Shown: positions 26,481 to 35,490 of the stretch, piece by piece
Layout of the letters: every line of letters begins with the position of its first letter
Position numbering within the stretch: the stretch's first letter is position 1
NCBI GenBank assembly: GCA_965214935.1
Contig: CBDCCS010000021.1
Span: 64,001-128,000 of the forward strand
Direction of reading: 5' to 3'
Source of the DNA: Candidatus Velthaea sp.
GTDB lineage: Bacteria; Vulcanimicrobiota; Vulcanimicrobiia; Vulcanimicrobiales; Vulcanimicrobiaceae
DNA length: 64,000 nucleotides
Program-made: the position numbers and the translations under genes
Notes under the pieces: generated by a model
Databases searched by the model: none
Seen by the model: the letters and a program-made list of their open reading frames with translations, nothing else
What the model was told of the DNA's origin: nothing

Positions 26481-28592
26481 GTGTTGAGTCCTCGACTTCG
26501 CAGACTGTTTCAATCAATCGTTGTCGGCATTGCGCTTGCCGGAAGCATCAGCGCGTGTGGCCATTCGGGAAGTTCGAGTACGCTACCGGTGTTGCCGGGG
26601 CAAGGTTCGTTAACGCCGTCGGGCGTCAAGCACCCGTTGGTGCCGCCGTCGCCGGCTCCGGGACTAACGTATCAGCAGCTTATTTTGCTCGATCTGCCGA
26701 CCGCCTACTATCAATTAGCCGATACGTCGATGCAACTCGCCGATTCGGGACCGAACAACATCGGCGGCACATACGGGACGGCGGTCGTGCGCAATTCGCA
26801 AGCCATAACAACCGACGGCACCGGAGCCGCAACGTTTCCCGGCGGCGCCGCCTACAATCCGCAAGGCTATGCGTACACGCTGAAAAACACGTTGTTTGCG
26901 TCGCCGAAGCCGACGCTCGAAGCATGGTTTTCGCTCAATGCCGGAAATCCGACGAATCGCGATTTGCCGCTCATCTTTTACGGAACGAACGGCCGGGGTG
27001 CACGTTACGGTCTTTTCATTCACGGTTTAGGCGGTGGCCAGCCGGTGCTGCAATTCCAAGTTCGCGACGCGGGTCTACCGCCTTACATTGCACTAAGTCA
27101 CCAACGGCTCAATCTCAATACGATCTATCATGTCGTCGCCACGTATGACGGTTATACGGCTGCCATCTTCATTAACGGTGTTCTGGATAGCGCTGCTTCC
27201 TATTACGGTAACGTCGACTACTCGCCGTACTTTACCGACGGATTGCAGATCGGCGGCGGCGACGCAGCCCCCGCATACGGCAGCGGCTCGTTTCCGGGTA
27301 CGATCGCGCAAGCGGCGGTCTATCCGTTGCCGCTTCGACCGCTGCAAATCGCGGACCATTACCTCGCCGGCCGCTATCTGCATATGGCGACCGAGACGCC
27401 GGCAGACTCGGACGCATTCGTCGATTCCATCGGCATGAACGCGCATTTCGAGAACGCCAACAGCATTTACGGTCAACAGTTCGCGCAAGTCTCAAGCTTG
27501 CTCATTGCGTCGGGTATCCGCCATGTCCGCGCCGGCATTACGTACGAGTTTCCAAATTATCCGAGCCAGATGCAACAATTGGCAGCGGGCGGCGTGCACG
27601 CCTCGTACGTTACGAACTTGAACATGACCCAAGCGCAGGTGCAGGCGTGGCCCGGCATTGTCGGTTCGTCGTTCGAGCAGTACGAAGCGCCGAACGAACA
27701 GGACGATGTCAACAATCCAAATTGGTTGCCCGAGTGCATTGCGTTTCAACAAAATCTTTATTCGTGGGTCAAAGGCGACCCGCAGACCGCGCTCTTTCCG
27801 GTCCTCGGTCCGTCGATCGTCAAAATGCAGGACGCGACGTTGCTGGGTAATCAAAGCGCCTACATGGATGAGGGCAACATCCACTCGTACTTCAATGTGT
27901 GGAATCCCGGCACGTTCGGTTACGGGAACATTCATCCACCGTTCGGCGTATACGGAAGCTTGTCGTTCAATCTCAATATCGGTCGCACGATTTCAGGCAG
28001 CAAGCCGATCGAAACGACGGAGACCGGTTATGGAACGGTCGCCGGCAATCCGCTGACGCTCGATAATTACGCCGATCTTCGCTACATGACGCGGCTATTT
28101 TTCACGCAATTCAATGGCGGCGTGAAGCGTTCGTACAGCTACGAATTCATGGACGAGGGCGGCACTGCGCCCTTTAGCAACTTCGGCATCGTTACGACGG
28201 CGTTGCAGCCGAAGCCGGCATACACAGGCATCGCATCGATCATCGGTCAGCTCAAGGATCCCGGCCCGGTGTTCCCGACCACGCCGCTGACATTCGAGTT
28301 ATCCGGGTTCATGGATAATGTCGAGCATACGCTGCTACAAAAGCGCAACGGTCACTATATCCTTGCCGTGTGGCAAGAAGTGCAAGATTGGGTTACCGTC
28401 AATAACGTCGGTGGCGACATCAACGAACCGCCGCAAACGATCAAATTGCACACGGCGACCCATCTGTCGTCCGCGACGATCACGACGATGGACGAGAGCG
28501 GTAACATGACGACGGCGCCGCTGACCTGGAGCGGGCAAGACGGGTCGATCCCCGTTACCGACAAAATCACGTTGATCGACTTGGCGCCGTAA
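26481..28592 (+). CDS. Lipoprotein with LamG-like domain and clan GH-A glycoside hydrolase domain
   Basis: Lipobox ISAC; TLEAW and YHVVATYDG..IFING (LamG); EAPNE, NIHSY, TETGY and PKPAY (TIM-barrel GH). Confidence 0.8.
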   Translation: MLSPRLRRLFQSIVVGIALAGSISACGHSGSSSTLPVLPGQGSLTPSGVKHPLVPPSPAPGLTYQQLILLDLPTAYYQLADTSMQLADSGPNNIGGTYGTAVVRNSQAITTDGTGAATFPGGAAYNPQGYAYTLKNTLFASPKPTLEAWFSLNAGNPTNRDLPLIFYGTNGRGARYGLFIHGLGGGQPVLQFQVRDAGLPPYIALSHQRLNLNTIYHVVATYDGYTAAIFINGVLDSAASYYGNVDYSPYFTDGLQIGGGDAAPAYGSGSFPGTIAQAAVYPLPLRPLQIADHYLAGRYLHMATETPADSDAFVDSIGMNAHFENANSIYGQQFAQVSSLLIASGIRHVRAGITYEFPNYPSQMQQLAAGGVHASYVTNLNMTQAQVQAWPGIVGSSFEQYEAPNEQDDVNNPNWLPECIAFQQNLYSWVKGDPQTALFPVLGPSIVKMQDATLLGNQSAYMDEGNIHSYFNVWNPGTFGYGNIHPPFGVYGSLSFNLNIGRTISGSKPIETTETGYGTVAGNPLTLDNYADLRYMTRLFFTQFNGGVKRSYSYEFMDEGGTAPFSNFGIVTTALQPKPAYTGIASIIGQLKDPGPVFPTTPLTFELSGFMDNVEHTLLQKRNGHYILAVWQEVQDWVTVNNVGGDINEPPQTIKLHTATHLSSATITTMDESGNMTTAPLTWSGQDGSIPVTDKITLIDLAP

Positions 28593-28984
28593 TAGAGCGC
28601 TACTTGGCGTTGTCGCATCGCTGCTGGTTGCACCATCGACGGCACGCGCTCGACGCCGGCAACATTCATCTCGATCGCCATTGGCGCAATGCTCGCACGT
28701 ACACGCTCCACGACCCTGTGCGATCGAAGTAACTTCACATCGGAAACGACGTTCTCAACGAGGTGATCCGCCTCGACACGCCTGGAGCTAACGAGTCGAC
28801 TCAGCAGTTCGCGCCATGCGAGCGTTCAAGACGAACGCTCACAGAGTGCTCGCTGCAATCGTACGCAGTCTGATTGCGAAGATACATCAACGACATTGGC
28901 AGATGGCCGGCGAGGACGTCTGTTGTTTCCGCCCGTTGAGGCGATACGGAAACCGCCGGGCAACGCAGAACATAAGCTGCCCAG

Positions 28985-31420
28985 ATGAGTGTGGGCGAAT
29001 TCGGCTCCCTGCTTCGCGAATTTCGGTGCGCTGCGGGCCTGTCGCAAGAAGCGCTTGCAGAACGCGCGCGGTTGAGTCCGGGTGCGATCAGCGCACTCGA
29101 ACGCAGCGCGCGTCGCGGCCCGCAGCACCAGACCCTCGCGCTTTTGGCGGAGGCGCTACAACTCGGGTCGCACGAGCGAGGCCGCCTGGAGGAATCCGCC
29201 CAGGCCGGCCGCCGCCGAGCTCCGCGCGGTGCCGCGAACGCGATTGAGGCCGTGCCCCATAATCTGCCCCGTATTCTCACCTCGTTTCATGGGCGTGAAG
29301 CGGACCTCGTGGAGATCGAGCAGCTTATTGCAACGCGGCGGCTCGTCACATTGCTCGGCCCCGGCGGGGTCGGCAAGACGCGCCTCGCATTAGAGGCCGC
29401 TCATCGTCTGCTCGACGGTATGCGATTTTCAGGCGGGATTTGGTTCGTTGATTTCGCGCCGATGAATTCCTCGGAATTGGTTGCGACCGCGATCGCGCGG
29501 CTGCTGAGCGTGCGTGAACAACCGAATATCTCGCTCGTGCAAACGATCGGCGCGGGCATTGCCGGCAAGAAGATGTTGCTGGTATTCGACAATTGCGAAC
29601 ATGTGTTAGATGAATGCGCTTGCATCGCTGAAGCGTTGCTGCGCGATTGCTCCGGCCTCGTCGTGCTCACGACGACGCGCGAAAGTTTGCGCCTCGACGG
29701 CGAATGTGTCGTGCGCGTGCAGCCCCTGCCGTGCGACGATCGCGAATCCGGCGGACCGGCGCTCGACCTGCTGCTCCATCGTTTAGCCGAAGCGGATTTT
29801 ACGCGCTATTCGCGTTTGGCCGACGGCGACTGCGCGCAAGCAGCGTCGGTTTGCAAACGGCTCGACGGCATCCCGCTTGCCATCGAGCTTGCGGCCGGCC
29901 GGGCGCGCGAATTATCGCTCGCGCACATCGTGGCGGGTCTTGACGAGCGTTTCGGCATGCTCGTTCACGGGCGTCGTACCGCTCTGCCGCGTCAGCTCAC
30001 ATTGCGCGGGATGATCGACTGGAGTTTCGCGCCGCTTGCGCCGAGCGAACAAGAACTCTTCGCTCGGCTCGGACTCTTTGCCGAGGCGTTTACACCCGAG
30101 GCGGCGAGCGCCATCTGCGGCGACGATGTGCGAACCGTTCGAAGCGGCCTCGCTACCCTCATATCCAAATCGCTGGTCAGCGTGGTTGAAGACCGCAATG
30201 GCCATATGCGCTATCGGCTGCTCGAAACAATGCGCGCGTACGCGCTCGATCGACTGCGCGAGCGCGGCGAGTACGATCGTTTTGCTCATCGCTTCGCCAC
30301 GTATTTTTGCGCCGCGGCGAAGGGGGCCGACGTTCGCTACGGCCGTGTTACGAATTCCGAATTCCTCGCTTCGGTAGAAACGGACCTCGAGAATTTTCGC
30401 GCCGCGCTCGAGTGGAGTCTCGGCCAGCGAAACGATACCGCTCTCGGCGCGGAACTTGCCGGCGCGATGGGCTGGATTTACCGCCAAAGCGCGCTTTTCG
30501 TTGAGGGCGCACGTTGGGCCGAACGCGGGCTGGCAGAAGTCGGCGATGCAGCTCCCGCCGTTGTTGGGCGGCTGCACATGGCTCTCAGCATCTTTTGCCT
30601 GAATATGGGCGACATGAATCGGGCTTTGCAAGCCGCCCAGCTCGCCACCGAAGCTTACCGCGCTGCACCGGCCGGTTCGGAGCTGGCGTGGTCGCGCGCC
30701 CAAGAAGGCGGCTGTCTCCTTTTTCTGGGCCGTCGCGACGACGCGCGGCGCGCCATTGAAGAAGCGGTCGATGTCGCGCGCGAGCATCGCGATATGTTGC
30801 GACTCGGTGGCGCCTTAAATGCTCTCGCGCTCACGATTCCGATCGAACGGGCGGCTGAGCGCTTCGCGCCGCTCGAAGAATCGATCCGAACGTATCGCGC
30901 GGCGTCGGCCGACGGTGCAATGGTACCGACAGGCAATTTGGCCGAGGCGCATTTTGCGACGGGAAATTTTGCATCGGCTCTCGCGTGCGGATTGGACGCC
31001 ATCGCGATGGCTCGCTCGAATCGAGATCGCTCGTTTCTCGCCGGAGTGCTCACGAACGTTGCAGCGTACGCCCTCGCGAACGGTGACGTGATGCAGGCGG
31101 ATCGAGCGGGGCAAGAGGCGATGCGTTTGGCCCGCGACATCGGGACGACGCACTACGCGATGTGCGCTTTCCAGCACCTTGGTAGCGTCGCCGCCCGGCG
31201 CGGAGCCTTCGCGCGCGCCGCGCGCCTGCTCGGCGCCTCAAACGAACGGTATCGGGAATTCGGTATTGCGCGCGAGTTCACGGAACAATCGCTTTACGAT
31301 CGTTCGATCGCGGAAATCCGCGGCGCTCTCGGCGAAGACCATTTACTCGTTTATCTCAGCGAAGGCGCCGCCTTACCGCTCGAGCGGGCCATCGACGAGG
31401 CGCTGCTTCCCATCGTTTAG
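28985..31420 (+). CDS. XRE-HTH + NB-ARC/STAND-type ATPase + TPR regulator
   Basis: GLSQEALAERARLS (HTH); GPGGVGKT (Walker A); LLVFDNCEH (Walker B); LDGIPLAIELAA; helical repeats. Confidence 0.92.
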   Translation: MSVGEFGSLLREFRCAAGLSQEALAERARLSPGAISALERSARRGPQHQTLALLAEALQLGSHERGRLEESAQAGRRRAPRGAANAIEAVPHNLPRILTSFHGREADLVEIEQLIATRRLVTLLGPGGVGKTRLALEAAHRLLDGMRFSGGIWFVDFAPMNSSELVATAIARLLSVREQPNISLVQTIGAGIAGKKMLLVFDNCEHVLDECACIAEALLRDCSGLVVLTTTRESLRLDGECVVRVQPLPCDDRESGGPALDLLLHRLAEADFTRYSRLADGDCAQAASVCKRLDGIPLAIELAAGRARELSLAHIVAGLDERFGMLVHGRRTALPRQLTLRGMIDWSFAPLAPSEQELFARLGLFAEAFTPEAASAICGDDVRTVRSGLATLISKSLVSVVEDRNGHMRYRLLETMRAYALDRLRERGEYDRFAHRFATYFCAAAKGADVRYGRVTNSEFLASVETDLENFRAALEWSLGQRNDTALGAELAGAMGWIYRQSALFVEGARWAERGLAEVGDAAPAVVGRLHMALSIFCLNMGDMNRALQAAQLATEAYRAAPAGSELAWSRAQEGGCLLFLGRRDDARRAIEEAVDVAREHRDMLRLGGALNALALTIPIERAAERFAPLEESIRTYRAASADGAMVPTGNLAEAHFATGNFASALACGLDAIAMARSNRDRSFLAGVLTNVAAYALANGDVMQADRAGQEAMRLARDIGTTHYAMCAFQHLGSVAARRGAFARAARLLGASNERYREFGIAREFTEQSLYDRSIAEIRGALGEDHLLVYLSEGAALPLERAIDEALLPIV

Positions 31421-31659
31421 GCGCCGCGACGATCGTCGCGCTTGCCGCCTTTGCGCCCGACGCCGGCATTGCCGTTGCCATCAACCTCGCCGGCGAAACC
31501 GGCGTACAAAAGAAACGCACCTGCTCTGAGCAGCCAACGCAAAACACGCGACCCGGCGGACTGAGGTTGGACGGGCGGTTCGATCAGCCAACGCAGAAAG
31601 CGCAACACTGCGCCCTCGGGCCGGGCGCCGGGCTCAGGCGCGTCGGGCTTCGAGATGTT
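31417..31659 (-). CDS. Possible small hypothetical protein
   Basis: MNISKPDAPE... with a duplicated LRWL motif; fills the gap between two genes. Confidence 0.35.
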   Translation of the reverse strand, partial: NISKPDAPEPGARPEGAVLRFLRWLIEPPVQPQSAGSRVLRWLLRAGAFLLYAGFAGEVDGNGNAGVGRKGGKRDDRRGA

Positions 31660-31995
31660 CATGCAAGCACCGCTATCCTTAACGTTTTGTTGGTCCGGTT
31701 TCGGCACGAGCGACGGCGATGGCGGGCCTGTCCATGCGCGTTCGGCTGAGCGTACCGCCTGCGGCACGTGCGAGCAACGTCGTCATCAAGCGCAGCGGCG
31801 GACGATCCTGCCGGTCGTTCATTGCCTTACGATCATCGCACGCCTTCGGTCGCATGCCAAGCGACGGGATTCGCACGAATAAGCACGCCTAACTCGCACA
31901 AGTACGGGTGTCGCTGGCGGGCTCGGCGGTGTGCTGCCACGATCGAACACGGCTCGGCCGCGCTTGGCAGCCGAACCGTCTCGGAGGTAGCGCTC

Positions 31996-34734
31996 GTGTG
32001 GCCCTTTCGCATTGCCGCAGTTATGCTGTGTATCTGCGCGTTTGACGCGGCGCTCGGTAGTGCGCGGGCGCCGCTACCTGTCCTCGCCGCGGCGGCAGCG
32101 GCCGCGGCGCTCGGGACGCTTGCGCTGGCGCTGCTCTGGAATCGGCCGAAGATCGCGACGGCGCTCGGGCTCGTGTTGCTCAGCGTTGCATTCGCCGCCG
32201 GAGCTCTGCTCGGCGGAACGGCCGACGGTTCGGGGGCGCTCGCCTTCGGTGGTCTAACGCCCGGCGACTCCGCAGCAGCGGTGCTTGCGCTCGAACTCGC
32301 ATTGGCGGCACTGTTCGGTACGCTGCTGCTGCGCAACCCGCTTGCGCGCGTCGCAGCCGTTGCCTTTGCCGCCTTCGTGCTCGTGCCGACATTACTGAGC
32401 ATCGGTCACGGTGGCTTGCGCGCAGCGCTCGCGCAAGGATCGCTCGCGGCGTTCAAGGGCACATTGGCCGGGATTCTCGCCGCGCTGCCGCTTGCGGCGG
32501 TCGCTTGCGTGCTCGCGACCGTTTGGCTCGTTCGACGCCGCGGCTTGCGCGCGGTGGTTGCCGGGGCTCTCGCCGTCTCGCTTTTCGCCGCCAATCAACT
32601 GGGATCGGTCGTCGCAGTCGACGCCGGGTTCCCCGCCTACATCGCGTATCGCAACCCGGCGGCAGTTGCGACGCCCCTCACGCCGTCCGCAAACGAGGCC
32701 GTTGCCGCCGCATCTCCGGCGCCCGCGGGCCGCGCGGATCCGCTGCTTGCCGGGCTCGGGCCGGGCGAGATCGATGCGGGCGACACGTCGAGCGAACTCG
32801 GCGCTGCGCCGGTGGCCGCAATGCAAGACGCGGTTTCGGCGCTTTCAGCCGGCCGCGAGTCGCCCTCGGCTGCGCAAGCACAGGCCGCAGCGCTACGGGC
32901 CGTTGCGCAAAGCATTCCCGAGCGCGAATATTCGCTGCACGCACTCGCGGCGTCGCTGCCCGATGACGCTTCTGCCGTCTACGCATTCGTTCGCGATGCG
33001 ATCGATATCGATCCATACGACGGCGTGATGCGCGGAGCGCTCGGGACGTGGCTCAGCCGCGCCGGCAGCTCCTCTGATAAGACATTGCTCCTTGCGTGGC
33101 TGCTGACGCAGAAGCACTATGCGGTAACGTTCGTACGCGGAACACTTTCTGACGACGAACGCCGCGCGATCGCGAACGTCGCGCCGCATGCATCGCGTGC
33201 GATCCCCGCCAACGCGACGCCGTACTTCGACGCGCTCGAAAAGAAAAGCGATGCGTTTGCATCCTGGTCGCAAGGAGCGCTGGCAGCGGCAAAAATCCGC
33301 GTGGGCGAAATGCCGCAGCCCTTCGAACGCCTTGCTGCGCGCCACTACTGGTTGCAGATCGTGCGTGATGGTAAGACAGTCGACCTCGATCCGACCATCG
33401 CATCGATGAGCGAAGGCCGGCATCTCGGGCAGCAGGACGCGGCGTTCGCGGCGGTTACGGCATTGCCGCGGGACGAATACCACCACGTCACGTTCAACGT
33501 CGTCGCGAACGGTACGAGCGGCAACTCCAAACGCGTCATCATGAGCTATGCGGCGCGCACGGCCGATATCGCGTATTCACCCGTACGGCTCGGCTTCGGA
33601 CGAAAGCCGGACGCGGTGACGTTCGACGGTGCTCTGCAGGTCGGATCGAAGATGATGTCCGAGGCATCCATTAAGCCCGCGGACGTCGCGAGCGTCGCCT
33701 TCGAGATCGTGCGCGACGGTCCTGGGTTTGCGCAGCGCATCGACCGGCGCTGGATACTAGCGCCCGCTGGAACGCCCGAAAGCCGCGCCGATCAGCTGCA
33801 ATCGCTCGTCAGTCTTTTGGTTACGCCCGGTCGCGGTGCGAACGCTTTTTCGACGCGCGAGCAATACCTCACCCTCGCGCAGATTTGCGACGACCGCACC
33901 GCTGTAGCGAACGGCACACCGCTGCAGCGAACATATTTCTATCCCGTGCGCATCGCGGATTTCTTCGTGCGCGACGATCTCGCCGCGCAGCGCGCAGCGG
34001 ACGGAACGGCGGTTGCGCTCGCGCGTTCGCGCGCCGATATCGCGCTGCAGCAGACCGTACGGGCCGGATCCCAAGGAACGGTCCGCGTGACATTTGACAT
34101 CGTCGACAACGCGATGTCGTCGCTCCACGGTGAGGGAGCTGATGTCGCGCGCGTCAATCTCGCGCGCGGCTACGCCGACACGCGGCTCGAACGCGACGTA
34201 TCGGAGGCTCCAGCCTCGTACGGAACGATCGCCCTCTTCGAGAACGCCGGCACCGCCGCGACGCAGGTCGTCGCCGATGCGTCCGCAGGGCAGACGCTGC
34301 GCGTTTCGCCCGAACTGCGCGACGGTCTCGATCAAACGTTCGCAAGTGGCGAAGTCGCGCTCGCTCCGGCTCAGCCGGTCGCGCTCGACGGTCACGACGC
34401 GTTCGGCTGGTGGGCCGTCGATCCGGCGACGGGCAATTCCGTCGGGCGCATGACGGGCGCGAAAGGAGACGCAATGGCCGAGTACACCGCGATCTTGCGC
34501 ACTGTGGCCTTCATAAATATTGGCTACGGCGGCGCGCAGGTCGCCAAACGATGTTCCGCCGGCAGCACGTTTTCAGAATCCGGTTGTACGGTTGCGGTGT
34601 GCGGATTGATCGTGGCCCTCGCACTCGGATATGCAGCCGGTCCCGCTAGCTTAGTGGCCCGGATGCCGGTTGCTGCGGGAGGCGCGAGCGCGGGTCTGGC
34701 CTGCCAGCAAACGGACTTGACCTTCTCACCGTGA
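31996..34734 (+). CDS. Large membrane-anchored protein with transglutaminase-like domain lacking the catalytic Cys
   Basis: GGAGG RBS + GTG; about 7 N-terminal TM helices; YAFVRDAI..PYDGVMRGALGT..RAGSSSD..LLLAWLL; HYWLQ; DLDPT; WWAVDPATG. Confidence 0.8.
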   Translation: MWPFRIAAVMLCICAFDAALGSARAPLPVLAAAAAAAALGTLALALLWNRPKIATALGLVLLSVAFAAGALLGGTADGSGALAFGGLTPGDSAAAVLALELALAALFGTLLLRNPLARVAAVAFAAFVLVPTLLSIGHGGLRAALAQGSLAAFKGTLAGILAALPLAAVACVLATVWLVRRRGLRAVVAGALAVSLFAANQLGSVVAVDAGFPAYIAYRNPAAVATPLTPSANEAVAAASPAPAGRADPLLAGLGPGEIDAGDTSSELGAAPVAAMQDAVSALSAGRESPSAAQAQAAALRAVAQSIPEREYSLHALAASLPDDASAVYAFVRDAIDIDPYDGVMRGALGTWLSRAGSSSDKTLLLAWLLTQKHYAVTFVRGTLSDDERRAIANVAPHASRAIPANATPYFDALEKKSDAFASWSQGALAAAKIRVGEMPQPFERLAARHYWLQIVRDGKTVDLDPTIASMSEGRHLGQQDAAFAAVTALPRDEYHHVTFNVVANGTSGNSKRVIMSYAARTADIAYSPVRLGFGRKPDAVTFDGALQVGSKMMSEASIKPADVASVAFEIVRDGPGFAQRIDRRWILAPAGTPESRADQLQSLVSLLVTPGRGANAFSTREQYLTLAQICDDRTAVANGTPLQRTYFYPVRIADFFVRDDLAAQRAADGTAVALARSRADIALQQTVRAGSQGTVRVTFDIVDNAMSSLHGEGADVARVNLARGYADTRLERDVSEAPASYGTIALFENAGTAATQVVADASAGQTLRVSPELRDGLDQTFASGEVALAPAQPVALDGHDAFGWWAVDPATGNSVGRMTGAKGDAMAEYTAILRTVAFINIGYGGAQVAKRCSAGSTFSESGCTVAVCGLIVALALGYAAGPASLVARMPVAAGGASAGLACQQTDLTFSP

Positions 34735-34801
34735 CCGCCGCGATAGAAAACCTGCTGCTCGACCGCGTGCGTGCCCGAGCGCCGCAGTTGGTCATGCCGC
34801 A

Positions 34802-35404
34802 TTAATCGTTGTTTCGACTGGCGAGTTCGGACCAGAATCGGATCGGCTTGACCGGACCAACGATAGGTCGTGACGCGTTACCGAACTCACGGTCGAAAAA
34901 GTCGGCGAGGTCTACGCCATAGTAGATGACGTCCGATTGATAGATCGAGAAAATGGGATTTCCGGATTCGTTGGGTTCGGTCGGCAGATAGCGATGGGAA
35001 ACGAGAGGGACCAACTTGGGCGCTCGGCTTACGACGTCGCGCAGAACCTCCGCGCGCGTTTCGGCCGTAGCAGGGCGCTCGCCCCATTCCGGCCACCATA
35101 CGTCGTTGTGCTCGACGTCAAAAAGCAAGCCGCGCAACGGCCATGCCAGCATTTCTCGGATCGTCTCTCCGTCGCACCTCCAATCATAGCTGAGAACCGG
35201 TCGGCGCTCCAAAAAGAAGGCAATGAGATCCGGCGGAAACGTGAGCCCGAATGTTTCCTGCGCGCGATCGAGGTCGTGCGGTTCGTAACCTTCGGCCCAC
35301 ATGCGGCCCTGGGCACGGCGACTGCGCTCGAAGTTGCTCATCCTAATCTCTGGTCCGAGACGAAGATCGTCGGCTTTTGCCGGGTCATTGCGGGGTGTCG
35401 TCAT
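34802..35404 (-). CDS. SMI1/KNR4 (SUKH)-family protein (start uncertain)
   Basis: LDRAQETFGLTFPPDL, APKLVPLVSHRY, NPIFSI.QSDVIYYG, IRFW. Confidence 0.8.
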   Translation of the reverse strand: MTTPRNDPAKADDLRLGPEIRMSNFERSRRAQGRMWAEGYEPHDLDRAQETFGLTFPPDLIAFFLERRPVLSYDWRCDGETIREMLAWPLRGLLFDVEHNDVWWPEWGERPATAETRAEVLRDVVSRAPKLVPLVSHRYLPTEPNESGNPIFSIYQSDVIYYGVDLADFFDREFGNASRPIVGPVKPIRFWSELASRNND

Positions 35405-35490
35405 CGAAGTGCCTTTCGCGCTCGCGCTCGCTTGGGCTCGCGTGGAGCCGATTCGGTACAGCCGGTTCGTTCGTAAGTCGGCGGCGTGAT

